In this document: positions 8,096 through 17,843 of the stretch, piece by piece
Layout of the letters: each line of letters begins with the position of its first letter
How positions within the stretch are numbered: the first letter of the stretch is position 1
IMG/VR virus record: IMGVR_UViG_3300033475_000112
Coordinates: 1 to 32,415 of that record
Reading direction: 5' to 3' (one strand)
Length of the DNA: 32,415 nucleotides
Source: a virus
Lineage: Duplodnaviria > Caudoviricetes
Notes under the pieces: model-generated
Databases searched by the model: none
What the model was told of the DNA's origin: nothing
What the model saw: the letters and a program-made list of their open reading frames with translations, nothing else
Program-made: the position numbers and the translations under genes

Positions 8096-10428
8096 CACTG
8101 CTGCTCCTCCTCGCCCGTCTGTTCTTCGGCCGGCTGCTGCTGCTCCTGAAGGGGCGTAGCGATCGCGCGCGCAATCAGCGGGGCATAGTGCTGTGGACTG
8201 AGATTGTTTCGCGCTGCAAAGTCGAGCAGCTTGCCCACGTTGGGGTTGGTTGCAGCTTGTCGCATCACGTAACGCATGCCATCGGCGAGAGCTGCGCCGG
8301 TCACTGCGCCCGTCCACGCATCCGCTCCGACGGTGTGAGCGATCGCGGCGCCGGCCATGGCGCCCATGCCGCCGCGGCCGATGTGCCTCCCCATCTCGAG
8401 CATGGTTTCTTTGGCCACACTCGAAGCCGCGCGTGCTGTCGAAGCATTTGAGAGCAGCATCGTGATGCGCTTCAAATTCGTGACGCCTTCCGATCCAATG
8501 AGCCGCTCTGCATCGGCGCGGTTCGTGCCTTTGCTTAGCCAGGCCTCGAGCGCCTTGGTGCGTCCGGTCATGATCCGCGGCAGGCCTCGCTCGCTTTCCT
8601 CGGACGTGATGCCGTTCATCATCCGCTCTGTCACGTTGTGCAGGTTGGCGAGCGTCATCGAATCGCGCCATGCCGATCGAGCTGCCCGATAGTCCGTTGG
8701 CGAAATGGCGCTGGCATGGCGGGTCATGAGATTGTCGATTGCCTCATTGGCTTCGCTCAACCTGGTCTCGGCCGCTTCGACGGCTTCCATGCTCGAGGCC
8801 GATCGAATGACCTTTTGCGCAGCTTTGACCTGGCCATTGAATTTTGAGAAATCGCCGCCGCTTACGCGATCGAGGGTTTCGTAAATCGGCTTCGCCGCGG
8901 CCTGCACCTGTGCTGCAGCATCGCCGAATGTATGGACCTGGCCCACGGCCGCATTGACGTCCGCCGGCGCGAAGCGCTGCACATAAGGACTCGCATGGTA
9001 GAGTCCCAGCTGCTCCTGCAGGGCCTTGAATTGGTCATCGATCAGGCTCTGTTGTTTCGTTGGCAGGCTGTCATAAGTCGGACTCTGGCGCAGATCGTCA
9101 AGCTGCTGCAGCCAGGCCTCGGCCTCGCGCGGATCCGTCGTCTGGAGATTCCCGCCGCCGCCTACGATCTCACCACGTGCCTCCGGAGTGCGCTGGGTAC
9201 GGATATCGGCGCCGGTGCCGCCTTCAGCACCTGGGATGGGGTGGCCATTCACAAACTCGGCCGTGCGTGTGGGTGCGCTCTCGGCCGTGAATCGTGGATC
9301 CTTGAAAGCCGCGCGCGGTTCCTGGGCTGCAGAGTGCGCAATCTCGCCGGTAGGCGTTTCCGTCGTTCCTGGTCCCTCGAGTGTGAAGGTGAAAGGTTCC
9401 GCGCCTTCGCCGGCGCCGAGCCTGGGCACGCCTTCTGCTGCAGGCTCTACAGCGCGGTTGCCGTAAAGGTTGACCCATGTCAGTGCGTTCCCTGCTCCCT
9501 GGCGCGCCGTGTTGCCCAGAACGGCCTGGGCGCCGGTTTGCTGAGCAGCTGCGATCTTCGGAGCGCCGGCTGCATTGGTGCCTGTCGGCTCGCCGGCTTC
9601 GTTCACTTGTTCGGCCAGGGCGGGGATCTCCTCGCCGGCGACGTTGAGGACTTTGGGGGCGCGCTTCAGGAGTGCCCTTCCTGCAGCTCCTACGGCCTCT
9701 GTAGCGCCGCGCGTGGCTCCGCCGAATACGGCCGCCTCGGCAGCCTGGCCGGGATCCATGGTGTGGCCATACGTTTGCGCGCCCATCAGGGTGGCGTCTT
9801 TTGCGACTTTCAATCCGATGGCCATCAGTCCCGCAATTTTTGAATTGCCTTTGATGACCTGAGCCACCTGCTGGGCCTGTTTCAGATGCTCGGCGGTGTC
9901 GACGGCGCCGACGGCCGGGCCCACCATTTTCAAAAGTCCGTCAGTACCCATGTACTCGAGCACCTGTTCACCGATGGCGCCCACGTTTTGCCAGAATCCC
10001 TCCGGTGGCCCTCCCGATCGCAACCAGTTCGCGGCATCATGCAGATGCTTGTCGACGGTTGCAGCCAGGGCGGTCTTGTTGGGCTCTCCTTCGCCGGTTG
10101 GGTTTCCGATCGTCGGCGGAGTGCTGGGCGTCGAAATCATGTCGAGCACATTTCCCACCAGGTGGGCGGCCGAATTGATGACACCGGATCCGGTTCCACT
10201 GAGCGGCTGCAGCCAGGATGGATCCTGCGAGGAGTCGGTGATGCGCTGCATGCCAGTCGGCGCGGGGGCGGATCCTGGATTCGCACCCCCGGCCGGCTGT
10301 GAGGCGGCGGGGGATGAGCCCGCGGCCAGCTTCGCACCTGGTGGCAACGGAGGCAGACCGCCACCCACCGGTGCGAGTTTCGCTCCTGGAGGCAAAGGGG
10401 GAAGATTTAGGGCTGCGCGGGTACCCAT
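8095..10428 (-). CDS. Large internal virion (DNA ejection) protein, putative
   Basis: 777 aa, Ala/Gly-rich and helical, with a duplicated N-terminal LPPLPPGAKLA. Third of three genes after the nozzle and GNAT genes, as in podovirus ejection modules. Confidence 0.65.
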   Translation of the reverse strand: MGTRAALNLPPLPPGAKLAPVGGGLPPLPPGAKLAAGSSPAASQPAGGANPGSAPAPTGMQRITDSSQDPSWLQPLSGTGSGVINSAAHLVGNVLDMISTPSTPPTIGNPTGEGEPNKTALAATVDKHLHDAANWLRSGGPPEGFWQNVGAIGEQVLEYMGTDGLLKMVGPAVGAVDTAEHLKQAQQVAQVIKGNSKIAGLMAIGLKVAKDATLMGAQTYGHTMDPGQAAEAAVFGGATRGATEAVGAAGRALLKRAPKVLNVAGEEIPALAEQVNEAGEPTGTNAAGAPKIAAAQQTGAQAVLGNTARQGAGNALTWVNLYGNRAVEPAAEGVPRLGAGEGAEPFTFTLEGPGTTETPTGEIAHSAAQEPRAAFKDPRFTAESAPTRTAEFVNGHPIPGAEGGTGADIRTQRTPEARGEIVGGGGNLQTTDPREAEAWLQQLDDLRQSPTYDSLPTKQQSLIDDQFKALQEQLGLYHASPYVQRFAPADVNAAVGQVHTFGDAAAQVQAAAKPIYETLDRVSGGDFSKFNGQVKAAQKVIRSASSMEAVEAAETRLSEANEAIDNLMTRHASAISPTDYRAARSAWRDSMTLANLHNVTERMMNGITSEESERGLPRIMTGRTKALEAWLSKGTNRADAERLIGSEGVTNLKRITMLLSNASTARAASSVAKETMLEMGRHIGRGGMGAMAGAAIAHTVGADAWTGAVTGAALADGMRYVMRQAATNPNVGKLLDFAARNNLSPQHYAPLIARAIATPLQEQQQPAEEQTGEEEQQ

Positions 10429-12263
10429 TGTCCACCTCTCACCACAAGGGTTGTTTTGCCATCAGCTGCGATCGCAGTCGGTTCCCCGGGCGTGATCTTC
10501 ACCGGCGCGGGTCCGCCTGCAGGCGTCAAGGGTTTCGCCGGCGAGTACTCCTCGCCATAGCGCTGCTGGATGTAGCGGTTATTGCGCGCCATGGCTGAAC
10601 GTGCGCCATTCAGGATTTCGCGCGTGGTTTGAACCGCGCCGCGCAGATCTTTGATGGTGGGGTTTGATCCAAACTGGCGTTGCGCCGTCTTCAGTTTGAG
10701 ATCCGATTCGCCACTGCCGAGCAGCGGGTTACCGATCAGAGTGCCGAGCGCGGTTTGTGTGTCGCTCAGGGCCTGGTCGAAGTTCTTTGCAGCCTCGAGG
10801 CCCAGCGTTCTTTTCGCCCATAACTTCACTTCGTTGATCGGTGCGTTATCGCCCAGGCCTGCGCGCTTGGCCAGGTCTGTCACGAGATCAAGCTGCGAGG
10901 GCACACCGGGCGCTCCCAGCATGCGATCGATGCCGATCAAAAACGCCTGCGTCTTCGGCGCTTCGGCGAAGTGTGATTCCTGGCGAATGATTTCGGGCGA
11001 GTAGGGCAAGCCGAAATGCGCTCGCGAGTAAGCATCAGCAGCAGCGGCATAGTGCGCCGCGCTGGGCTGGCCTTTAGTCGTGCGCAGAGGAATGTCCTTG
11101 CCCGCGAGATAGCGGCCAGATGCCAACCCTTCGGAAATGTCATCGGCTTCGCTTGTGCCTCCACCGCCGGTTCCTGCCGCTGCAGCATTGGCATCGGCTT
11201 CGCGCGCCTGAGCATAGCTCAGTGTGTTTTCCGCCTTGGTGCGGCTGGCTTCGCGTCTCTGATCTTCTGCCTTGTGGAACTCATCGAGCGCATCTTTCGA
11301 TTGCCCCATCAGCAATTTCGAAGCCTGGTCATTCGAGATCGATCCCGATGGAATGGTGAACGTCTCTTCATTCAGCTTTCCGTCTTTGATCGATTTCACC
11401 GTGATGGGAATGTCTTTGGTGATTTTCGAGCTGAGCCAGTCCGGAGTCACCAGTGCAGCGTGAATGCCGTCAACCTTGCCGTTGCCATCCACATGGGGAA
11501 TCGCAATCAATTGCCCGTTGGCCTGGTGATCATGGAGCTGCGGCATGTCCTTGAACGTTTTGATCACGGATGGAAAATCAGGAAACACTCCCATGTCCTG
11601 CGATCCCTCGCCGCCTTCGGCAATCATCTTGGTGAAGTTGGTTTCGCGTTCCGAATCGGCCACCGTGGCTTCAACCTGTGCGCGTCCAAGCCGGAAGGCG
11701 GATTCGGCGATCTGGTGAGAAAGAAGAGCATTTTGCGCGTTCGAAGTTGCAGCCTTTTGCTGCATTTCGAAGTCTTCGTTGGCCTGCTGGCGCTGCCGCT
11801 GCACATTCTGCTCGCCCTGCTGTGTGCCGGCCTGGATGCCCAGGCCGATCTTTCGCGACGTGGATCCTGGTCCGGTACCACCGCCGGCTGCTGCAGCTCC
11901 ATAGCCGGCCAGGGCGCCTGAGATGATGCGCTTCCACTGCTGGCCTGGTCCGCTCTTCACCGCGGTGGCCACCATCTTGCCGGTTGCCGGATCGCGCGCC
12001 AGCGTCACGTCCGAGGATCCGCCCAGAGCATTCAGGATCCCGTGGTAGACCTTCGATCCCCAACTGTCGGCCTTTTGCTGCTCAAGGGGAATCTGCGCAG
12101 CCTGTTCACCCGGCGCAGCGCGCTGCACGTCCGGCTGCGCCGGCGTCGAGGTTGCGGGCGCAGTCGCCTGCGGTGACGCGGGCGTGGGCTGAGCAGCTTC
12201 CGGCGGGGGTTGCGCTGGGTTCTGCTGCTGCGGTGTGTCATCGACTTCAGTAGCTGTATTCAT
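10407..12263 (-). CDS. Internal virion (DNA ejection) protein, putative
   Basis: GGGAG SD before the ATG at 12263; Pro/Gln-rich N-terminus, Gly/Ala hydrophobic segment, Gln-rich coiled coil; synteny. Confidence 0.65.
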   Translation of the reverse strand: MNTATEVDDTPQQQNPAQPPPEAAQPTPASPQATAPATSTPAQPDVQRAAPGEQAAQIPLEQQKADSWGSKVYHGILNALGGSSDVTLARDPATGKMVATAVKSGPGQQWKRIISGALAGYGAAAAGGGTGPGSTSRKIGLGIQAGTQQGEQNVQRQRQQANEDFEMQQKAATSNAQNALLSHQIAESAFRLGRAQVEATVADSERETNFTKMIAEGGEGSQDMGVFPDFPSVIKTFKDMPQLHDHQANGQLIAIPHVDGNGKVDGIHAALVTPDWLSSKITKDIPITVKSIKDGKLNEETFTIPSGSISNDQASKLLMGQSKDALDEFHKAEDQRREASRTKAENTLSYAQAREADANAAAAGTGGGGTSEADDISEGLASGRYLAGKDIPLRTTKGQPSAAHYAAAADAYSRAHFGLPYSPEIIRQESHFAEAPKTQAFLIGIDRMLGAPGVPSQLDLVTDLAKRAGLGDNAPINEVKLWAKRTLGLEAAKNFDQALSDTQTALGTLIGNPLLGSGESDLKLKTAQRQFGSNPTIKDLRGAVQTTREILNGARSAMARNNRYIQQRYGEEYSPAKPLTPAGGPAPVKITPGEPTAIAADGKTTLVVRGGQWVPAQP

Positions 12264-12280
12264 ATCCACTCCCAATTCGC

Positions 12281-12922
12281 TTAGCCGCCTGGCGTTTTAA
12301 ATCCGCCCATTGCCCATCCACCTGTTGCTTGCCCTACCGCTCCGCCCAGCGCGCCGAGCACATTGCCCCACACGGCTTCCTGCTCCTGGGTGATGGCATT
12401 GGCTTCGCTGTTGGCTGTTCCCGCCGCGTTGTTCGCGGATCCGGAAAAGCTATTCGGATTCCAGCCCGCGGCCAGATCCTCCTCGCCGGCGACGGCGGCC
12501 TGGTACTCGTTGTAGCCCTGCTGATATCCGGCCTCGGTGATACCCAGCTGCTCCGCGCTCTCGGTTGCGGCGCCGGTCGCGGCCAGCTCCTCGGCTTCCT
12601 GGTTTTGCGGTCCGCCGGTCAGGTTCACGTTACTGGTGCCGCCGCCCTGGGTCGCCTGGTTCTCCTGGAGGGCTTTTTTTGCTTTGGCATACTCATTCGC
12701 CGTTCCCTCCGTGGCCTGGGTGCGCAGTGTCTGATCCTCTTCGGCGTTGAACCCGTACTGGTTCGGACCCTTTTTCAAAATCGGATCAAACTGGGCATTC
12801 AGCTTGCTCTGGATGGCGCTGAAATTCGAATAGGCAGTGTTGTAGGCATCGATTTGCGTCTTGTAGAACTGAGCCTCTTCACTCTGCAAATCAAGCTGGG
12901 TCTGGGATGGTCCGCCACACAT
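12281..12922 (-). CDS. Small internal virion/pilot protein, putative
   Basis: MCGG N-terminus, Gln/Ala/Asn-rich, Gly-rich hydrophobic C-terminus (LGALGGAVGQATGG), typical of the first podovirus ejection protein. Confidence 0.65.
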   Translation of the reverse strand: MCGGPSQTQLDLQSEEAQFYKTQIDAYNTAYSNFSAIQSKLNAQFDPILKKGPNQYGFNAEEDQTLRTQATEGTANEYAKAKKALQENQATQGGGTSNVNLTGGPQNQEAEELAATGAATESAEQLGITEAGYQQGYNEYQAAVAGEEDLAAGWNPNSFSGSANNAAGTANSEANAITQEQEAVWGNVLGALGGAVGQATGGWAMGGFKTPGG

Positions 12923-13416
12923 CAGGCTGCCTCCTTCGGTTTATTTTGGCCAGGGCGCGCGATGAGGCGCACCATTTCATTCGGGCTCTCCACAAAACCG
13001 AGCCGTTTTTCGGCCATCTCTGCCAGCTCGCGATCCTCAGTTTCAAAGATCCATTCTTCGGCGCCGGCTTTAGCCAGGGCGACTTCGAGATAGGCCATGC
13101 CTTTGAGCAGCGCCAGCGAAGCGCGATGCCGGCTCTTGCGGCTCTGCGCCGGCGCAAACTGGATATTCACGCGCGAAGCCCGGCTCAGACGGATAAAGAA
13201 CACCACGCCGGTTTTGTCCTCGAGGGCGCAGCAGGTGGGGCGCGGATCCTCCGCGGTTTCGCCCCTCTCATCGGTGGCCAGGCCCATGAAAAATTCCGGA
13301 TCAAGCAGGCCGCGATGACGCTTGTCGGCCTCAATCCAGGCCTCGAGTGCAGGCCGGTCCTCGCCTGTGACCGCGCGCAGTGTATATCCGTCGAATTCAG
13401 CTAGTATTTCCCGCAT
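12922..13416 (-). CDS. GNAT-fold-like protein
   Basis: LRAVTGEDR N-terminus and AEKRLGF C-terminus. Sits before the internal virion genes, like the GNAT-fold genes of many podoviruses. Confidence 0.55.
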   Translation of the reverse strand: MREILAEFDGYTLRAVTGEDRPALEAWIEADKRHRGLLDPEFFMGLATDERGETAEDPRPTCCALEDKTGVVFFIRLSRASRVNIQFAPAQSRKSRHRASLALLKGMAYLEVALAKAGAEEWIFETEDRELAEMAEKRLGFVESPNEMVRLIARPGQNKPKEAA

Positions 13417-13427
13417 ATATCTCTCGG

Positions 13428-13649
13428 CTATAGTTTGGCGATCGGAAGGTAACGCCGGAACGGCACTTGGCTGCCCCGGTAGAACTGGCGCGCGTAGACA
13501 TCTGCCCCGCTCGCCTGGGTGGGAAGGCTCGCAATCATCAGCACGCCCACGCCTTCGGTGCCGCGCTCGATCGGCGGAGTGGGGTGTGCAATCGGCATCG
13601 GATGCGTCGGTGCGGGTGGCTGCACGGGTTTACCGCGTGGGTTGACCAT
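13428..13649 (-). CDS. Small Pro-rich hypothetical protein
   Basis: GAGGA SD; TAATG coupling with the nozzle stop; fills the gap in the operon. Confidence 0.6.
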   Translation of the reverse strand: MVNPRGKPVQPPAPTHPMPIAHPTPPIERGTEGVGVLMIASLPTQASGADVYARQFYRGSQVPFRRYLPIAKL

Positions 13650-16600
13650 TACTTCCTCGCTTTCTCGGGCAGGCGTCCGTAGGTGGTGTGGGTAAGAAGT
13701 TCGTTGGGATAGGGCTCGGCCTTCCAGCTGATCTCCGTCTGCAGGTGCCGGCAGATCACTGGCTGCGCATCCTGCATCGCCCAGAAACGTCGCGTCGTGA
13801 CGGTCTTCGAGGCGGGCAGGTTCGGAGGATCGTTTGAAACGTTGACGAGGTTTGAAAATGTTCCGCTGATCTCGTCATAGAGCAAGCCGAGCGAGAGGGG
13901 GGAACTGCCCGCGATCGCGATTTCTTCGGTAACGACAAATTGCACGCCTACGGTTGTGCCAGGCTGCGCCACAACCATGCTGCCGATGATCGCGGTGGCC
14001 TCGTAAGAGACGCCGTTGTCGGTGCTCACGGTCGAGTCGCGCATCAGGATGGGACCTGGCGCCGCCGGTCCCAGGAGTAGGCGTTTCTGGCCAGGCTGAA
14101 CTTCAATCGAAGCGATCGCTTTGACGCCGTTCGTAATCAGCGCGCGCGGACTCCATACGTTGCCGCTCTCTGGCGCCGCCACCGCGGCCATGCGGAACCA
14201 GCCGAGCGAACCATCTGCAACGTATAGCGCCATGTCCGCGCTTGAGCCCTGATGCCACGCCATGTAAGTGGCGTCCGTGGTGTAGAGCTCGTTAAAGAGA
14301 TCGCCGATCGGAAATCCTACTTCGACCTCGCCGGCGCCGGGATCCATCGAGACCACCTGCCCGGAAGTCAGCATGCCATAAGCTGTCGATCCGTTGACCG
14401 CGAAAGCATCCTGGTTGGCCAGGCCTACGCCCTGCTGGAAGTTGATGACATAGAAAGGCGAGCTACTGGTGCCCTGGCCCAGCACCACCCACACATCGGA
14501 ATTGGTGTACACAATCAGGCCGATCGACGTCGGCCAGCACGTCACGCCCAGCGAGGGGAAGGTGAATTCGTTGCCTGGCGGGAAAGCTTCGTTGCCGCTG
14601 CCGGTGATGGTGTCCGGACCGCCGGACCACTTCAGCTTGTTTCTGACAAAGCCCCATATGCGCGTGAGGTAGTAGCACTGTGGCGTGAATCCAGCCGGCG
14701 GGGGATCATTCGAATCTGAGATCGGCGCGGTGATGAATTCATTCAGCGCGCTATCGGGCTTGGTGTCGGTATAGATCCACGAAAGCGCCAGGCCGCCAGC
14801 TCCGATCGCGGGATTCGCAAATTCATCTTCATAGAGAAGCGTGCTTCCGCCCTGCAGCGTGCGCCACAAAACAATCGTGTCGATCTGGTCATCACCAGGC
14901 AGGCCTGGACCCTGAATTACAGCCTGGTTCGATTGCGATACGGTCAACTTGAGCGAAAGAGGGCTGGCTGTGGAGATGTGCCCGGTAATTGAATTCTTGC
15001 CGCTATAGGCCCATTGCCATGCGCCCGTGTTCGCCGGCGTGTAGGGACCGGCATTTAACCACTCCTCAGCCCCGTCGGTAGTGAATTCGCCGGCCTCGGT
15101 TTTCCAGGCCGGCGCAGCTCCTCCGGTTTTCGCGACATTCAAAGGATTCTGAAGGTTGCCATTCGCGTCCTCGATCGTAGTGGCGGTGCTGACACTCTGC
15201 GCAGCTCCCGGCCATGCCGGCGCGGTGCCGATGTTTGTCCAGACCACCGTGCCGTCATTGACCGTGGTGGCGTTGCCATTGCTCCAATCTGGTGCGTTCG
15301 CCCCGCTGACTCCGGCCGTCGTGCACTCAAAAGCCCGCGTCACCGTCACCGAAGTTTGGGTCTGCACATAGTAAGGCGGATAGGGAATCGGTTGCGCGGT
15401 GGTGATGTAGTACGTGAAATTGACCACCACCACAGCACCCACAGCAAAAGCCGTTGTGGCGTTCCATGTGGGCGGTCCGAGGCAGGTCCATGCCGCGGTA
15501 TTGTCGGCCGTGACGCCACCTACCACCACGCTCCACGCCGGTGCCGCGCCGCCCGTCACGCCGCCCGTGGTCAGCTTCTGTACATTGCCATTCGAATCGA
15601 TAATGACAAAGGCGCCAGGCGCATACCAGGTGTTCGCTGCCCAGGCCGGATAAATGCTTGGAGCAGCAACCTGGGTAACCGTAGGCGCGATGAGCGGGGT
15701 ATCAATGCCCCATTTCTGGACGGCGGATCCTTTATCGATCCACTGCAGGCCTCCGTCCTGTGTTGCCAGGCTCAGCACGGCATTCCATACCGGTTGAGCT
15801 GCTCCGCTGATGCCGGTGCCCGTGGTAGCCGTCCCTGTTTCCGGACTGAATGCGGTGATGGGCGGCAGGCCTCCGCCGAAGACGATAAAGAATGCCTGCA
15901 GACTCGAGATCGGCTGAACGGTGTAGGGAGTCGTAACGTTTAGCCCCGGTATGGTCGTGAGCCCAGCCAAGGTGAGGGAGATATTGTTCTGGATATCGAG
16001 CGGCGTCGTCGAATCAAAAAACAACGTTACTTTGCGTCCCAGGCCTCCATTGACTGACTCGATCTGGATGTTGACGATGTTTGCCGTCTGCCCGCCGATC
16101 GCCTGCTGAAGGTTGCCATTCGAATCGACAATAAAATCGCCCTGCTTGTATTGAGTGAGCGCAGTCCATCCAAGAGCACTCAACACCCATTTTTCGCGAT
16201 CGATGCTATCCGCGAAATAGCAGATGTTTCCCACGCTCTGAAAACTCGTGCGGCCGGCCAGGGGACTCTTAGGCCAGAGCACCAGGTTGTTCGCCGGCCC
16301 GCTCACATCGCGCACGGTAGCCGCGCCGTTTGCAGGTCCTGTAAAAATCTGGCCGGTATCGGCCGTTTGCGGGTAGAGGGCAGCCCCGAATTGGAAGCAC
16401 AGCTGGTTTGGCGCTAGAGCCAGGCCGAATAACGAGCCAAATACTGGCGCGAGCGTCTGCCCGTTCAGAGCGGGATAGTTGGTCAATCCCGTAAAGCTCA
16501 CCGGGTTCCAGGGCGGTGCGTTTTCGGCAAGTGTGACGACGGTGACAAAAAAGAAAGGCCCGACGTGGCCCATCTGCCGCGACAGCACCGTGACGCCGGT

Positions 16601-16954
16601 GATCCCTACCTGCGCCGCATCGACGCTGGCCAGGACGTGAATCTGCTCGCTCGATCCGGAGAACGCGCGGAATTCGTAGAAACGATTGATGGGCGGGAAA
16701 AGCCCGTTGTTATACACCGAATTGCCCGGCCGGCGCGCCAAAGTGAGGCGCGTGGTGATTTCGGTGTTCTGGCCTCCAATCAGCCGCTCAAACCGGATCG
16801 CCGCATAAAACTTCTGATAGAGATAGGGCACAGCACCCGCGCCGAGCGGATTGCCCTGCGTCCACATGCCGGTAAAAAATTCATTGGTGTGCAGGGCCGC
16901 GGCGGCGATCGGCGCAACCTGGGCACCAGCGGCAATCAGCGGAGAGTCCGGCAT
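13649..16954 (-). CDS. Tail nozzle / tail tubular protein B-like, with inserted repeat modules
   Basis: 1101 aa, beta-rich with propeller-like C-terminal half; follows the adaptor genes; four Trp-anchored repeats in the middle. Confidence 0.7.
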   Translation of the reverse strand: MPDSPLIAAGAQVAPIAAAALHTNEFFTGMWTQGNPLGAGAVPYLYQKFYAAIRFERLIGGQNTEITTRLTLARRPGNSVYNNGLFPPINRFYEFRAFSGSSEQIHVLASVDAAQVGITGVTVLSRQMGHVGPFFFVTVVTLAENAPPWNPVSFTGLTNYPALNGQTLAPVFGSLFGLALAPNQLCFQFGAALYPQTADTGQIFTGPANGAATVRDVSGPANNLVLWPKSPLAGRTSFQSVGNICYFADSIDREKWVLSALGWTALTQYKQGDFIVDSNGNLQQAIGGQTANIVNIQIESVNGGLGRKVTLFFDSTTPLDIQNNISLTLAGLTTIPGLNVTTPYTVQPISSLQAFFIVFGGGLPPITAFSPETGTATTGTGISGAAQPVWNAVLSLATQDGGLQWIDKGSAVQKWGIDTPLIAPTVTQVAAPSIYPAWAANTWYAPGAFVIIDSNGNVQKLTTGGVTGGAAPAWSVVVGGVTADNTAAWTCLGPPTWNATTAFAVGAVVVVNFTYYITTAQPIPYPPYYVQTQTSVTVTRAFECTTAGVSGANAPDWSNGNATTVNDGTVVWTNIGTAPAWPGAAQSVSTATTIEDANGNLQNPLNVAKTGGAAPAWKTEAGEFTTDGAEEWLNAGPYTPANTGAWQWAYSGKNSITGHISTASPLSLKLTVSQSNQAVIQGPGLPGDDQIDTIVLWRTLQGGSTLLYEDEFANPAIGAGGLALSWIYTDTKPDSALNEFITAPISDSNDPPPAGFTPQCYYLTRIWGFVRNKLKWSGGPDTITGSGNEAFPPGNEFTFPSLGVTCWPTSIGLIVYTNSDVWVVLGQGTSSSPFYVINFQQGVGLANQDAFAVNGSTAYGMLTSGQVVSMDPGAGEVEVGFPIGDLFNELYTTDATYMAWHQGSSADMALYVADGSLGWFRMAAVAAPESGNVWSPRALITNGVKAIASIEVQPGQKRLLLGPAAPGPILMRDSTVSTDNGVSYEATAIIGSMVVAQPGTTVGVQFVVTEEIAIAGSSPLSLGLLYDEISGTFSNLVNVSNDPPNLPASKTVTTRRFWAMQDAQPVICRHLQTEISWKAEPYPNELLTHTTYGRLPEKARK

Positions 16955-17658
16955 TAAGTCTCCCTCGCCTTGTAGCGTTCAGTTGTCGAGAGCTGGGTAC
17001 CCTGCAGCTGCGCCATCACTCGCGTCCAGTTGGCGAGGAAGATGTTGCGCTCGAGATCCGTGATGCCGCCCTGCGCTCCGAGCAGGGAAGCGATGAATTT
17101 CGCGTTGTACTCGTTAAAGCGCGCATCGGCGCCAATCAGGCTCATCAGCGCCAGGTGACCCCACTGGCAGAGATAGTTCTTTTCATCTGGTACCGGCGCC
17201 CAGGTGAAAGCCAGCGAAGCCAGGATGGGAGCCTTTTTCTGATAGGGAAGGGTGACGTTGTAATTCTGATCCGGTGCCGGCGTCAGTCGAAATGTGATGT
17301 TACCCAGACCGTCATCAAGAAACGGCGAACAGAAGCTGGGCCTGGCATTCGATGCGTCGATATGCAGAAGGTTTTTGACGGCGATTTCGAAAGGCTTGCC
17401 GGTGGCCACCGCCTGCACTGTGCCGCCTTCGAGGAAATTGAAATCGGTGAGACCTCCTACTACGTGATCCTGGGTTGCCGAAGCGAAGTTCACCAGGCCG
17501 CGATTCCATGGCCATGCAAAGGGCGGTCCGAGGATCGTCTGCAGCACAAGATTTGCCGCGCCAAGCGCCGGTTCCATTCCGTTGATCAACACGGGCTGCT
17601 GTTCGAGAAAGGCCTTTTCCCAATTGATCGTGTTTTGAATGGTGATTGTGCTGGGCAC
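16954..17658 (-). CDS. Head-tail adaptor protein (paralog 2)
   Basis: GTG start with AAGGA SD; FAWPWNR and FRLTPAPDQNY.V...YQK motifs; position between capsid and nozzle. Confidence 0.7.
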   Translation of the reverse strand: MPSTITIQNTINWEKAFLEQQPVLINGMEPALGAANLVLQTILGPPFAWPWNRGLVNFASATQDHVVGGLTDFNFLEGGTVQAVATGKPFEIAVKNLLHIDASNARPSFCSPFLDDGLGNITFRLTPAPDQNYNVTLPYQKKAPILASLAFTWAPVPDEKNYLCQWGHLALMSLIGADARFNEYNAKFIASLLGAQGGITDLERNIFLANWTRVMAQLQGTQLSTTERYKARET

Positions 17659-17661
17659 GGT

Positions 17662-17841
17662 TTATTTCCTTCTCTTTGTCTTCCATCTGCTGGCAGAACT
17701 TTTCTTCGCGCTGTGCTTCACTTTGTATGCCACGCCGGCGACAACCGCCGTTTTCAAATTCGGCGCCGGGATTCCGTGCATGTGCCGGTATGCGTTCCAT
17801 TTCGCATAAGCCTTCTTCGACTTGAAATGTTCCGTTGGCAT
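17662..17841 (-). CDS. Small highly basic protein (59 aa)
   Basis: Not in the track; hand-translated MPTEHFKSKKAYAKWNAYRHMHGIPAPNLKTAVVAGVAYKVKHSAKKSSASRWKTKRRK*. GGGAG SD; fills the gap between the two adaptor genes. Confidence 0.7.
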   Translation of the reverse strand: MPTEHFKSKKAYAKWNAYRHMHGIPAPNLKTAVVAGVAYKVKHSAKKSSASRWKTKRRK

Positions 17842-17843
17842 GC

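Noticed and set aside
8096-8671. N-terminal extension of the 435-aa track ORF
   Set aside because: Overlaps the 777-aa gene in another frame and is Arg-rich shadow sequence; credible starts are 8095 and 7918.
8095-12263. Tape-measure protein or virion RNA polymerase
   Set aside because: No tail-tube genes or periodic tape-measure repeats, no polymerase motifs, and far too small for an N4-type virion RNA polymerase.
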